From: Chloroflexota bacterium
Lineage (GTDB): Bacteria > Chloroflexota > Dehalococcoidia > UBA2979
Reading direction: 5' to 3'
Length of the DNA: 64,000 nt
Assembly (NCBI GenBank): GCA_027593235.1
Contig: JAQCIU010000014.1
Coordinates: 12,581-76,580 of the forward strand
The notes under the pieces were generated by a model. It saw only the letters and a list, made by a program, of their open reading frames with translations. It searched no databases and was not told where the DNA came from. Made by a program: the position numbers and the translations under genes. Shown piece after piece: positions 1 to 9,507 of this stretch. The stretch's first letter is position 1, and each line of letters begins with the position of its first letter.

Positions 1-35
1 CGGCCGCTTGATGAGAAGGTGAGGCGCGAGCGTCG

Positions 36-2384
36 ATGGTGACTACACACCCGGCGCTCGCGTCGTTTCTCGCTGAGCAGGCGATCGTCACCCCGGCCTC
101 GGTCAGCGAAGCTGGCGTCGATCGCTGCGAGCGGGCGGCGAGCGCCCTCGATTCCGCGCTCCGCGCGCTGGCTGCCGAGGGTAGCGACGGCACCTCGGGT
201 GCCGCGGGGTTCGCGGTGGTCGCGGTCGGCGGCTACGGGCGGCGCGAGCAGTGCCGGCACTCGGACGTCGACGTGATGCTGCTGGTGCGGCCGGGACAGG
301 CCGAGGCGGCGACACACCTCCTCTACCCGCTCTGGGACGCTGGACTCAAGGTCGGCCACTCAGTACGGACGCTCGACGAGATCGCGATCGCGGCCGACAA
401 CTTCGAGACGTTTACCGCGCTCCTCGATGCGCGGCTCGTCGCGGGTGACGGCGAGCTGTTCGGCCAGCTAGAATGGACGATCGCGCGTCTGGCGCGTTCG
501 CGGCGACAACTGCTGCTGGATGGGCTGCGCGAGCGCCATGTGGCGCTGCAGCGCGGCGAGCCGTGGCAGCGTCAGGCGACCGATCTGAAGACGGGGCGCG
601 GCGGGCTCCGCCACCTGCAACTGGTGCACTGGCTCGCCCGCGCCAGGCAACGCGCCGATGGCACCTCAGGGGCGACGATTCCGGCAGAGTTGGAGGCTGC
701 GCACGTGCGGCTGCTGGCGACGCGCCAGGCGGTGCACGCGCTGGTGGAGCGCCCGAGCGATCGGTTCCGCGACGATCTGGCACCGCGGATCGCGGAGTGG
801 CTCGGCGAGGAGACGATGGTGAGCGCGCGTGCGCTGTACCTCGGGATGCGTGAGATCGATCGCGTGGCGGCGGACACGTTCGCCTCGACCGCGCAGTCGC
901 GGCGCTGGTGGAAACTCTGGGGGCGATCCGAGGCGGGCATGGACCGCCCGGCCGAGGGGCCGCGATCGGACCTCGAGGCGCTGCGCAGGGCGTTGCGCCG
1001 CGTCGACGACGATGCCGCGCCGCTGGGCCTCGATCCGTTGCCGCGGGCGGACTGGTTGGATCGGCTACTGCCGGAGTGGGAGAAGCTGCGCGCGCGGCGG
1101 CACATCGCGCCGTTCCACACACACCCGGTCGACACGCACCTGCTCCGCACGGTGGCCGAGACGGCCTACATCGCGCGACACGATGACGACGATCGATCCG
1201 GAACGGTGGCCGTGGCGGCCGAACTGGACGATCTGGATGAGCTGCTGCTCGCGGCGTTCCTGCATGACATCGGCAAGGGACGCGAGGAGGAGCACTCGAC
1301 GGCGGGTGCGGTGATCGCGGAGCGATTCTGCGCGCGCGCGGGGCTGGAAGCGGCAGCGACGCAACGGCTGGTGACCGTCGTGCGACAACACCTGTTGCTG
1401 CCCTCGGTGGCGACGCGCCGCGACATCGCCGACACGCGGGTGATCGGGGAGGTGGCGGAGGCGGTGAAGACGCCGCGCACGCTGCGGCTGCTGTATCTCG
1501 TATCGATCGCCGATTCACGCGCGACGGGGCCGGACGTATGGAGCGCGTGGAAAGCCCAACTGATGCGCTCGCTGTATGTGCGGGTGATGACGGTGCTGCT
1601 CGATGGAGAGGTGGGGCCGCTCGACACGCGGCGCAGCCTGGAGCGCGCACAGACGGAGCTGGCGAGCCGCTTCAGCGCCGAGCAGGTCGCCGCGCACGCG
1701 GAGCGACTGGAGCCGGGCTACCTGCTCAGCACGCCGCCGGCGACGATCGGCGATCACATCGAACTGGCGAACGAGGCCGTCGCCGGGGGCGTCGGGATCC
1801 GACGCGACCGGCTCGAGGGCATGGACCGCCTGACGGTCCTCTGCCGCGATCGACCGGGGCTGCTGCAGTCGCTGACCGGGACGCTCGCGGCGCACCAGGC
1901 AAACGTGCTGGGCGGCGTCGCCTACACCCGCAACGACGGGATCGCGATCGAGGTCTGGCACGTCGGCGACGCGCTGGGCCACGAGATCGATGACCGCCGC
2001 TGGGCGCGGATCCTGGAGGCGGTACCGGCGGCGCTGACGGGCGCGTACCCGCTGGAGCAGCGACTGGAGCAGGTGCGACAGATGTACCCGACACCGCCGG
2101 CGCTGATCGCGCCGACGGCGCACGTCGACAACTCGGCGTCCGACGCCTACTCCGTCCTCGAGGTGACCGCGCAGGACCGGCCCGGCCTGCTCCACGCGAT
2201 CGCGCGTGAGTTGCACGAACTGGGGATAGACATCCACCTCGCGAAGGTCGACACGCTCGGTCCGGAGGTGTTCGACGCGTTCTACATCCAGCGCGAGAAC
2301 GGCCGACGGATCGAAGATCCGGACGAGATCGAGCGCCTGGAAACGCACGTGCTCGACGCGATCCGCGCGCTGGAACCGCGGTGA
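36..2384 (+). CDS. glnD: [protein-PII] nucleotidyltransferase (GlnD family: NT + HD + two ACT domains)
   Basis: NT motif AVGGYGRRE..HSDVD; DLKTGRGGLR; HD motif LHDIGKG; two ACT domains (DRPGLL twice). Confidence 0.88.
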   Translation: MVTTHPALASFLAEQAIVTPASVSEAGVDRCERAASALDSALRALAAEGSDGTSGAAGFAVVAVGGYGRREQCRHSDVDVMLLVRPGQAEAATHLLYPLWDAGLKVGHSVRTLDEIAIAADNFETFTALLDARLVAGDGELFGQLEWTIARLARSRRQLLLDGLRERHVALQRGEPWQRQATDLKTGRGGLRHLQLVHWLARARQRADGTSGATIPAELEAAHVRLLATRQAVHALVERPSDRFRDDLAPRIAEWLGEETMVSARALYLGMREIDRVAADTFASTAQSRRWWKLWGRSEAGMDRPAEGPRSDLEALRRALRRVDDDAAPLGLDPLPRADWLDRLLPEWEKLRARRHIAPFHTHPVDTHLLRTVAETAYIARHDDDDRSGTVAVAAELDDLDELLLAAFLHDIGKGREEEHSTAGAVIAERFCARAGLEAAATQRLVTVVRQHLLLPSVATRRDIADTRVIGEVAEAVKTPRTLRLLYLVSIADSRATGPDVWSAWKAQLMRSLYVRVMTVLLDGEVGPLDTRRSLERAQTELASRFSAEQVAAHAERLEPGYLLSTPPATIGDHIELANEAVAGGVGIRRDRLEGMDRLTVLCRDRPGLLQSLTGTLAAHQANVLGGVAYTRNDGIAIEVWHVGDALGHEIDDRRWARILEAVPAALTGAYPLEQRLEQVRQMYPTPPALIAPTAHVDNSASDAYSVLEVTAQDRPGLLHAIARELHELGIDIHLAKVDTLGPEVFDAFYIQRENGRRIEDPDEIERLETHVLDAIRALEPR

Positions 2385-3226
2385 ACCAGCAGCACGCCGA
2401 ACCGCCGCTGCTCCCCGCACAGCCCTCGATTGTCGCGATTGACCTCGATGGGACCGCGCTCGACTCCGGCGGCGTGCTGCGCGAACGGACGCGACGCGCG
2501 ATCGAAGCGCTGATCGCGCGGGGCATCCCGGTCGCGATCGCGACGGCGAGGCCGGCGCGCGGGGTGCACAAGCTGCTTGGCCCGGAGTTGTTCGAGACGC
2601 TCGACCTCGTGCACGTCGACGGCGCGGTGATCGATCACCGGCGGAGCGACACGCAGCACCTCCACCCACTGCCCGAAGGCGCGGGCGCGGTGATCGCGGC
2701 GGCCGCGGCTCGCGAGCTACCGGGCGCAGCGGTGGTGATAGAGCTCGAGGGGTGGGAGTTTGGCGCCGATCACTCGCTCACGCCGGAGCAGCTCTGGGAG
2801 TACAACAGCGCCACTCCGGAGATGGTGTTGCCCTCGGCGGCGGCACTCGAGCGCACGCCGGTCAAGATCGCGATCAACGGCCTCGACGCGTCGGTCGACC
2901 AGCTCGCGAGCGTGCTCGCCGCCGAACTGGGCGACGAGGTGCGCTTGCTCCCGCACCGCGTCGGCACCTTCCTCTCCGTCGTCGCGCCCGGCGTCGGCAA
3001 GCGCAGTGGCATCGCCCGGCTACTGGGCGACGACCCCGAGGCCTGGCGCAACGCGATCGCCTTCGGCGACGACTACAGCGACATCGAACTCCTCGCGGGC
3101 GTCGGCTACGGCTTCGCGATGGCGAACGCCGCGCCCGAGGTCAGCGCGGCCGCTCGTCTCGGTGCGCCCTCGAACGACGCCGACGGTGTCGCGGTCATCC
3201 TCGAGCGGTTGCTGGGCGGCCGCTAG
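2381..3226 (+). CDS. Cof-type HAD-IIB hydrolase
   Basis: DLDGT motif I, IATAR motif II, AFGDDYSD motif IV, AMANA; GTGA overlap with glnD stop. Confidence 0.85.
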   Translation: MNQQHAEPPLLPAQPSIVAIDLDGTALDSGGVLRERTRRAIEALIARGIPVAIATARPARGVHKLLGPELFETLDLVHVDGAVIDHRRSDTQHLHPLPEGAGAVIAAAAARELPGAAVVIELEGWEFGADHSLTPEQLWEYNSATPEMVLPSAAALERTPVKIAINGLDASVDQLASVLAAELGDEVRLLPHRVGTFLSVVAPGVGKRSGIARLLGDDPEAWRNAIAFGDDYSDIELLAGVGYGFAMANAAPEVSAAARLGAPSNDADGVAVILERLLGGR

Positions 3227-3666
3227 CGTTCGACCCAGTGCTGGACGCGATCGGCCAGTCCATCGGGGTAAAGCGTGTAGGCACCGGCGAACACTTCCGA
3301 GAGGGGGAGCCAGCGCGCGTCGAGGGGCTCGCCATTCGCCTCCGCGCCGGCGATCGGGGAAAGGTCGACCGGCTCGGTGCCTGGGGGCCAGCGCACGACG
3401 AACTCGAACATGATCTGGTGCCCGGGCTCGCCATCGAGCTCGAAGATGTTCTCCGATACGGCCAGGCGGTCGACCAGTTCGACGGCGCGTCCAAGCTCCT
3501 CGTGGATCTCGCGATACAGGGCGTCGACGGCGCGCTCTCCGAAGTCGATCCCTCCGCCGAGCGGGCGGTAATAGGTCCCGCGCGGGTGCTCATAGCGCGC
3601 GGCGAGGAGGTGATCGCGCCAGAGGAGGACCGCCAGGGCGGTGGGTCGAATGTAGGGCCTCGGCAC
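3223..3666 (-). CDS. NUDIX hydrolase
   Basis: C-terminal part of track ORF 3223..5046; Nudix box GGGIDFGERAVDALYREIHEELG; GTG at 3666 preceded by GGAGGA. Confidence 0.82.
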   Translation of the reverse strand: MPRPYIRPTALAVLLWRDHLLAARYEHPRGTYYRPLGGGIDFGERAVDALYREIHEELGRAVELVDRLAVSENIFELDGEPGHQIMFEFVVRWPPGTEPVDLSPIAGAEANGEPLDARWLPLSEVFAGAYTLYPDGLADRVQHWVER

Positions 3667-3810
3667 GACGTCCTCCGGCGCGCGCCGCTGCGCGACGGCG
3701 CGAAATCGAACGTATTGGCGGCGGTCGGCTAGGATACGCGCAGCAGGCAGCCCGGGTTCGCCGATGCTTGAACCCGTTCGACTCCAGCGACGAGAGCAGA
3801 GGACTCCCCC

Positions 3811-5064
3811 GTGACCACCGAGAAAGAGATTTACGCCCTCGGCGAAACGCCACCGTTGGGTTATGTCCCGGCGAAGATGCATGCCTCGCTGATCCGCCCC
3901 GAGCGGTTTGGCGAGCCGAAGCAGGCCTTCGAGATCGAGCAGGTCGACGTCCCGAAGCCCGGCCCGAGGCAGGTGCTGGTCTGGGTGATGGCTGCCGGCG
4001 TGAACTACAACAACGTGTGGGCCGCCCTCGGCACCCCGGTCGACGTGATCGGCGCGCGCCAGCGCAAGGGTGCCGAAGAGGCCTTCCACATCGGCGGCTC
4101 TGACGCCTCGGGGATCGTCTGGGCAACCGGCGACGAGGTTGAGAACGTCAAGGTCGGCGACCGCGTCGTCCTCTCCTGTGGGATGTGGGACGAGAACGCC
4201 GAGGACATCAAGGCCGGCGCCGACCCGATGACCTCCGCCAGCAACAAGATCTGGGGCTACGAGGAGAACTGGGGCTCCTTTGCCCAGTTCGCGCTCGTAG
4301 ACCACTACCAGGTGCACGAGAAGCCGGCACAGCTCTCCTGGGAGGCCTCCGCCGCCTACATGCTCGTCGGCGCCACGGCCTACCGGCAGCTCATGGGCTG
4401 GCCACCACACATCGTCAATGAGGGCGATCCGGTGTTGGTCTGGGGCGGCACCGGTGGTCTGGGATCGATGGCGATCCAAATCGTGAAGGCGCGCGGCGGT
4501 ATTCCGATCGCCGTCGTCTCGAGTCAGGACAAGTTCGAGTTCTGCCTGCAGCTCGGGGCGAAGGGCGTGATCAACCGCAAGGACTTCGACCACTGGGGTC
4601 GCCTCCCGGACGTCGATGACGCTGACGCCTTCGGCGAGTGGATGAAGGGCGCACGCGCGTTCGGCGCGAAGTTCTGGGAAGTCCTGGGCGAGCGCAAGGC
4701 GCCGAAGATCGTCTTCGAGCACCCGGGTGAGGCGACGATCCCGACCTCGATCTTCCTCGCGGACAACAACGGCATGGTCGTGATCTGCGCCGGCACCAGT
4801 GGCTACAACGCCGATGTCGACCTGCGGTACCTCTGGATGCGCCAGAAGCGCCTCCAGGGCTCGCACTTCGCCAACACCGAGCAGTGCAAGGCGTTCAACC
4901 AGATGATTATCGACGGCGAGGTCGACCCGGCCTTGTCCCGGGTGTTCCCGCTCGCAGAGGTCGGTGATGCGCACCAGCTCATGTACGAGAACGCGCACCC
5001 GCCGGGAAACATGTCGATCCTCGTGAACGCGACCGAGGAAGGCCACACCGACATCGCGATCTAG
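3811..5064 (+). CDS. ccrA: crotonyl-CoA carboxylase/reductase
   Basis: MDR fold with Ccr-type motifs [45 protein letters not shown]. Confidence 0.9.
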   Translation: MTTEKEIYALGETPPLGYVPAKMHASLIRPERFGEPKQAFEIEQVDVPKPGPRQVLVWVMAAGVNYNNVWAALGTPVDVIGARQRKGAEEAFHIGGSDASGIVWATGDEVENVKVGDRVVLSCGMWDENAEDIKAGADPMTSASNKIWGYEENWGSFAQFALVDHYQVHEKPAQLSWEASAAYMLVGATAYRQLMGWPPHIVNEGDPVLVWGGTGGLGSMAIQIVKARGGIPIAVVSSQDKFEFCLQLGAKGVINRKDFDHWGRLPDVDDADAFGEWMKGARAFGAKFWEVLGERKAPKIVFEHPGEATIPTSIFLADNNGMVVICAGTSGYNADVDLRYLWMRQKRLQGSHFANTEQCKAFNQMIIDGEVDPALSRVFPLAEVGDAHQLMYENAHPPGNMSILVNATEEGHTDIAI

Positions 5065-5089
5065 GTGAGGTGTTCCAGCCGACTGAACG

Positions 5090-5119
5090 ACAGAGGCGGC
5101 GCAACTGCGCCGCCTCTGT
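5090..5119. terminator. hairpin between convergent genes, probable terminator
   Basis: 13-bp perfect stem ACAGAGGCGGCGC / GCGCCGCCTCTGT with loop AACT, downstream of the ccr stop. Confidence 0.65.
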
Positions 5120-5143
5120 TCGTCTAGTCGTCGGATCGTTCAG

Positions 5144-5258
5144 CTACTGGTAGATGACGTAGTCCACGTCACTACTGGTAGATGACGTAGTCCACGTCCC
5201 GTTACTGGTAGATGACGTAGTCCACGTCCCGTTACTGGTAGATGACGTAGTCCACGTC
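5144..5258. repeat. four tandem copies of a 27-nt unit equal to the 3' end of the adjacent gene
   Basis: YTACTGGTAGATGACGTAGTCCACGTC at 5144, 5172, 5202 and 5232; linkers A, CCG, CCG. Confidence 0.95.
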
Positions 5259-6263
5259 CAGGTCCACCACTTCCTGCACGGTCAGGAGCGGCAGATCCCA
5301 GTGGTAGAAGAGCTTAAACGCCGACCGCTCGGCGTAGTCGGATCGTGAGTAGAACTCGAAGCCGCTGATCTTGTCGCCAGCACCGCCGAAGCCGTCCATA
5401 TCGATGGTGATCTCCACGGACGGGACGTCGTCGTAGCGTTCTGGTTCGATCAGCATGCTCTGCTTGAACTGGTGCAGCACCAGTAGCTTCGGTGGGATAC
5501 CGGCGTCCTCGACGAGGGTCGCGAGGTAGTGCTGCACCGCGTTCACCTCGTCGGCGTCGAGCGCGCCGATCACCTGGCCGGGCGCGTAACCGAAGCGCGC
5601 GGTCGCGAACTCCGGGTCGAGCGCGAGGTGCACGAACGGCTCGCGCAAGAACCACTCGAGGCGTTGCACGTCCTGCAGCGGATCGGACCAGCCGATCTGG
5701 AGATCGACGAAGAGCAGCAGGCCATAGTCCCGCGCTAACTCGACGTACTGGGCGATCTGCTGCTTGTTCATCCTGTCGAGGTAGAGACCGTCGTCCGTGG
5801 GACCGGCCTGCGCGACATCGACGATCAGGTGAAGCGCCCCGACCGTTTCGCGGCTGCCGTTCAGCGCGTCGTACTCCGCCGCGAGGGCCTTGACCTTGAC
5901 TGCGGCGTCGAGCGGATCGTGCACGCCCAGCTCGCCCATCGTCTCGTACCCGGGGTAGCCGTAGAAGGAGACCACCTGGTGCGTCTCGAAGATGCTGACC
6001 GGCGGCTCGGCGGGCGCGGCCTCGACAATGCGAACCGGCGCGGTCGCGACGAGCGTCACGGGCGAGGGCAGCGCGGCCGTGGGGGCGGTAGTGACCGCCT
6101 CGGCGCGCGGCGCCGGGATCGGTCGTGGCAGCGGCGTCTGACTGGAAGCGAGCGCAGGGGTCGACGAGCTAGCGAGAATCGCCGAACAGATGATCACTAC
6201 CCACGAAGCGTGTCGAACCAGAGTCCGCAAGAGTATCCACCTGCACCGGCCACCCCTGGCCAC
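5232..6263 (-). CDS. secreted/surface protein: N-terminal hydrophobic segment, Pro/Ala/Thr-rich linker, conserved domain of unknown function
   Basis: hydrophobic N-terminus, low-complexity linker, domain with FYGYPG, VDLQIG, LALDPEF, LHQF, DMDGFG, FKLFY motifs; start uncertain. Confidence 0.65.
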   Translation of the reverse strand: MARGGRCRWILLRTLVRHASWVVIICSAILASSSTPALASSQTPLPRPIPAPRAEAVTTAPTAALPSPVTLVATAPVRIVEAAPAEPPVSIFETHQVVSFYGYPGYETMGELGVHDPLDAAVKVKALAAEYDALNGSRETVGALHLIVDVAQAGPTDDGLYLDRMNKQQIAQYVELARDYGLLLFVDLQIGWSDPLQDVQRLEWFLREPFVHLALDPEFATARFGYAPGQVIGALDADEVNAVQHYLATLVEDAGIPPKLLVLHQFKQSMLIEPERYDDVPSVEITIDMDGFGGAGDKISGFEFYSRSDYAERSAFKLFYHWDLPLLTVQEVVDLDVDYVIYQ

Positions 6264-6336
6264 CAGTGCAAGCGACGATACAAAGCATCATTCGCGTAAG
6301 CAAGTCATCATTTCTACCCCGAGCACCTGCTGGCGG

Positions 6337-7239
6337 TCAGCTTTCCCCAACGACGACGCCCGTCAGCGCCTCCAGCGCGTTCACCAGCGCCTGTGTGCCG
6401 ACGTCCGGGCCCGACTGCCGCTCCACCGCCGCAAGGAGCTGGTGGACCATCGAGGTGCCGGTCAGCGGCAAGCGGAGCTGATCCGCGGCCTCCAGCGCCA
6501 GGCGCAGGTCTTTCTGCTGCAACCCGACCTTGAACCCCGGTGCGAAATCGCGGGCGACGACCTTCGGCCCGAGGTTGGAGATCTGCCAGGACCCGGCGGC
6601 GCCGGCACTGATCGCCTCCAGCATCGTCGCGGGATCGACGCCGCTGGCCTGGCAGAAGACCAACGCTTCCGCCATCGCGAAGTTGTTGATGCAGACGGCG
6701 ATCTGGTTGCAGAGCTTGACCGTCTGCCCGGACCCGCTCGGGCCGCAGTGGGTGATGCGCGCGCCCATCGCCTCGAGGATCGGGCGCACGCGTTCGAGGG
6801 CGGCCGCGTCGCCGCCGACCATGATCGACAGTGTGCCGTTGATTGCGCCCTGCTCCCCGCCCGAGATCGGCGCATCGAGGAGCTCGACGGCCTTCGCCGC
6901 GAGCAGGGCGCCGATCTCGCGCGTGACGGCGGGCGAGATGGTGGACATGTCGATCACGACGCTGCCGGGGCGAACGCCCTCAATCGCGCCGGACAGGCCT
7001 TCGCTGCCGAGCAGCACCGCCTCGACGTCGGCGCTGGCGGTGACGCAGGAGATGGTGACGTCGCTTCGCGCCGCCACATCCGCCGGTGACGCGCCGATGG
7101 TGGCGCCATGTTCCGCGGCTTCCCGCGAGCGCGCCTCGGTGCGGTTCCAGACGGTGACCGCGAACCCGGCCTGCAGCAGGTTGCGCACCATCGGCGCACC
7201 CATAATCCCGAGGCCGATGAAGCCGACCGATTCCGTCAC
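6337..7239 (-). CDS. beta-hydroxyacid dehydrogenase (tartronate semialdehyde reductase / 3-hydroxyisobutyrate dehydrogenase family)
   Basis: GFIGLGIMG Rossmann motif, DAPISGG, catalytic KLCNQ; GTG at 7239 after GGAGG. Confidence 0.88.
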   Translation of the reverse strand: MTESVGFIGLGIMGAPMVRNLLQAGFAVTVWNRTEARSREAAEHGATIGASPADVAARSDVTISCVTASADVEAVLLGSEGLSGAIEGVRPGSVVIDMSTISPAVTREIGALLAAKAVELLDAPISGGEQGAINGTLSIMVGGDAAALERVRPILEAMGARITHCGPSGSGQTVKLCNQIAVCINNFAMAEALVFCQASGVDPATMLEAISAGAAGSWQISNLGPKVVARDFAPGFKVGLQQKDLRLALEAADQLRLPLTGTSMVHQLLAAVERQSGPDVGTQALVNALEALTGVVVGES

Positions 7240-7340
7240 GTTTGTGCCTCCTTGAGCCTGCCGTATCCTCGGACCAGCGCCGGGCCGGACGCCGCCAGCA
7301 TAATGCGGCCCCCCGAGCGCACGACCCGAAGGAGGGCGCA

Positions 7341-7475
7341 ATGAAGAAAATGGTGACGCGCCTCATCGCGCTCGGGGTCGTTGGCTTCGCGATCTACCGT
7401 GCGCTGCGCATGGCTGGCGTGATCGGCGGCGACGACTCCGTCGACTTCGAATGGGTCGACGACGACACCAACTAG
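7341..7475 (+). CDS. 44-aa single-TM protein with acidic tail
   Basis: AAGGAGG RBS, ATG at 7341; MKKMVTRLIALGVVGFAIYRALRMAGVIGGDDSVDFEWVDDDTN. Confidence 0.6.
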   Translation: MKKMVTRLIALGVVGFAIYRALRMAGVIGGDDSVDFEWVDDDTN

Positions 7476-7537
7476 CGACCGGGGCGGGGCCGCCCGGGGC
7501 GGCTAGCCGCCCGGGCGATCGTCAACCGCCGGCGTCG

Positions 7538-8197
7538 CTACTCCCCGGGGCGAGCCTGCTGTTGGCCCCAGTTTCCCCAGTGCACGACCTCTTCGACCGG
7601 ACGCCGCTTCGGCTGCGCCCAGCGCCCCTGCGCGGGGTAGCCGAGCGGAATCAGTCCCATCGTCTTCGCGTCCTCCGGGATGCCCAGCAGCGCCTTCACA
7701 TCGTCCTCGTGGCTCATGTAGAGCGAGGTGAGCGTGGCGCCGATGCCGTAGGCACGCGCCGCCAGCATCAGGTTCTGCACCGCGCCGTAGATCGAGGAGC
7801 CGGTCATCCGGCTCTCGCGCGCGTTGCGCAGCACCGGGAACACCCAGACGGGCGCCTCGTGCAGGTGCGTGGCGAGGTGATCGGCGGAGAGGAAGTTGCG
7901 ACGTCCGAGGCCGGCGCCATCCTCGGAGGCGAGGATCTCCTCGCGACGCACGCCGTAGGCGGCGTCCCAGCCTTCCTGGTACCAGGCCTGGATCTGCGCC
8001 TTCACCGCCGGGTCGGTGACGATCACCCAGCCCCAGCCCTGCGTGTTGCCGCCGGTCGGCCCGCGAATCGCCGCGTCGAGGATCGCCCACAGCACGTCGT
8101 CCGGAATCCGATCGCGCTTCAGGTAACGCCGCGCCGGCGTCGAGTGAATGGCGGCGAGGACATCGAGCGTTTCGTGATCGGGGAGGTTGTCAGGCAT
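7538..8197 (-). CDS. nitroreductase family protein
   Basis: R..GPTGGNTQGW, AVQNLMLAARAYGIGA, IPLGYP motifs. Confidence 0.88.
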   Translation of the reverse strand: MPDNLPDHETLDVLAAIHSTPARRYLKRDRIPDDVLWAILDAAIRGPTGGNTQGWGWVIVTDPAVKAQIQAWYQEGWDAAYGVRREEILASEDGAGLGRRNFLSADHLATHLHEAPVWVFPVLRNARESRMTGSSIYGAVQNLMLAARAYGIGATLTSLYMSHEDDVKALLGIPEDAKTMGLIPLGYPAQGRWAQPKRRPVEEVVHWGNWGQQQARPGE

Positions 8198-8285
8198 CGG
8201 ATCTCCAGTCGTTGTGGGGCGAGTCGCCCGTCCGGAGTCTAGCCGACGGCTGATCCGGGAGCGGGACCACGGGGCAGACACGAAA

Positions 8286-8309
8286 GCGGGGACCCCGTTG
8301 GGTCCCCGC
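8286..8309 (-). terminator. probable intrinsic terminator after the thiolase-like gene
   Basis: stem GCGGGGACCC / GGGTCCCCGC, 4-nt loop, followed by TTT on the minus strand. Confidence 0.55.
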
Positions 8310-8336
8310 CTGTTCAATCGCTCGGGCGCCCTCGGC

Positions 8337-9494
8337 CTAGTCGTTGCCGAGGATCAGCGTCGAGGTACCGGAGAACATGCCCGCGGGGGCGTGCACCATG
8401 CTGGTGTGCAAGTCCTTGAGCTGACGCTCGCCGGCCTCGCCACGGAGCTGGGTCACCGATTCCATGATGGCGAACATGCCGTACATGCCGGTGTGCGTGT
8501 ACGAGAGCCCGCCGCCGTTGGTGTTCATCGGGAAGTCGCCGCCCGGGGCCGTGTGGCCCTCCGCCATGTACGGGCCGCTCTCACCCGGCTTCACGAAGCC
8601 GAGCGCCTCGAGCGCGTACATCGGGACGTGCGTGAACGCGTCGTAGAACATGGCGTGCTGGATGTCCTTCTGGGACATCCCGGCCATCGCGAACGCGTCC
8701 TTGCCGGTCTGGATCGCCGAGGTCCACTCGGTCATATCGCGCATCGAGCTGATGCCGGCGTGGGCCGTGGCCTCGCCGCGACCGAGCACCCAGACCGGGG
8801 GCTTCGGGAAGTCCTTTGCGCGCTCCTCGCTGACGAGGACCAGCGCACCGCCGCCATCGGTGACGACACAGCAGTTGAGCAGGTGCATCGGCCAGGCGAT
8901 CAGCCGCGAGTTCAACACGTCCTCGACCGTGATCGGATCGCGCATCAACGCACGGGGGTTCAGCTCCGCCCACTTCCGTGTGGCGACGGCGACCGAGGCC
9001 ATTTGCTCCTCGGTGGTGCCGTACTCGTGCATGTGCCGCACGACGGGGATGGAGAACATGCTGGGCGGGCCCCAGACGCCGTACGGCGCCTCGAACTGTC
9101 CACCGATCGTCGCGCCGCCGCCGCCACGGCCGCCGACGCCGACCTGCGAGCGACCTGACTCGCCGTGGGTCACGAGGACCACGTCGCAGTAGCCGGCCTG
9201 GATCGCAGCCACGGCGTGGCCGACGTGCATCAGGAACGAGCCGCCGCCGACGGACGTGCCGTCGACCCACCTCGGAATGATGTTCAGGTACTCGGTCAGT
9301 TGAGCCGGCGTGGGGCCGGCGGTGGCGACGCCATCGACGTCGTCGAGCGTGAGGCCGGCGTCCGCGAGGGCGAGCATCGCCGCCTCCGCGTGCAACTGCA
9401 TCATCGAGTGATTCGGCAGCTTACCGACGGTCTCGGTCTCGGAGGCGCCAACGATGGCGACCTTGTGGCTGTAGTCCCGGGAATTACGGGTCAC
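8337..9494 (-). CDS. SCP2/Ltp2-type thiolase-fold protein (no catalytic Cys apparent)
   Basis: thiolase fold motifs NPRA, CCVVTDGGGA, YDAFT, NTNGGGLSYTHTG. Confidence 0.85.
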   Translation of the reverse strand: MTRNSRDYSHKVAIVGASETETVGKLPNHSMMQLHAEAAMLALADAGLTLDDVDGVATAGPTPAQLTEYLNIIPRWVDGTSVGGGSFLMHVGHAVAAIQAGYCDVVLVTHGESGRSQVGVGGRGGGGATIGGQFEAPYGVWGPPSMFSIPVVRHMHEYGTTEEQMASVAVATRKWAELNPRALMRDPITVEDVLNSRLIAWPMHLLNCCVVTDGGGALVLVSEERAKDFPKPPVWVLGRGEATAHAGISSMRDMTEWTSAIQTGKDAFAMAGMSQKDIQHAMFYDAFTHVPMYALEALGFVKPGESGPYMAEGHTAPGGDFPMNTNGGGLSYTHTGMYGMFAIMESVTQLRGEAGERQLKDLHTSMVHAPAGMFSGTSTLILGND

Positions 9495-9507
9495 GTTGAT
9501 CCTCCGC

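Noticed and set aside
3667-5046. 607-aa minus-strand ORF as one long protein
   Set aside because: The upstream part is the antisense shadow of ccr; only 3223..3666 has a Nudix motif and its own RBS.
5144-5258. CRISPR array
   Set aside because: The repeats are separated by only 1-3 nt (no spacers), one copy is coding sequence, and no cas genes are in the window.
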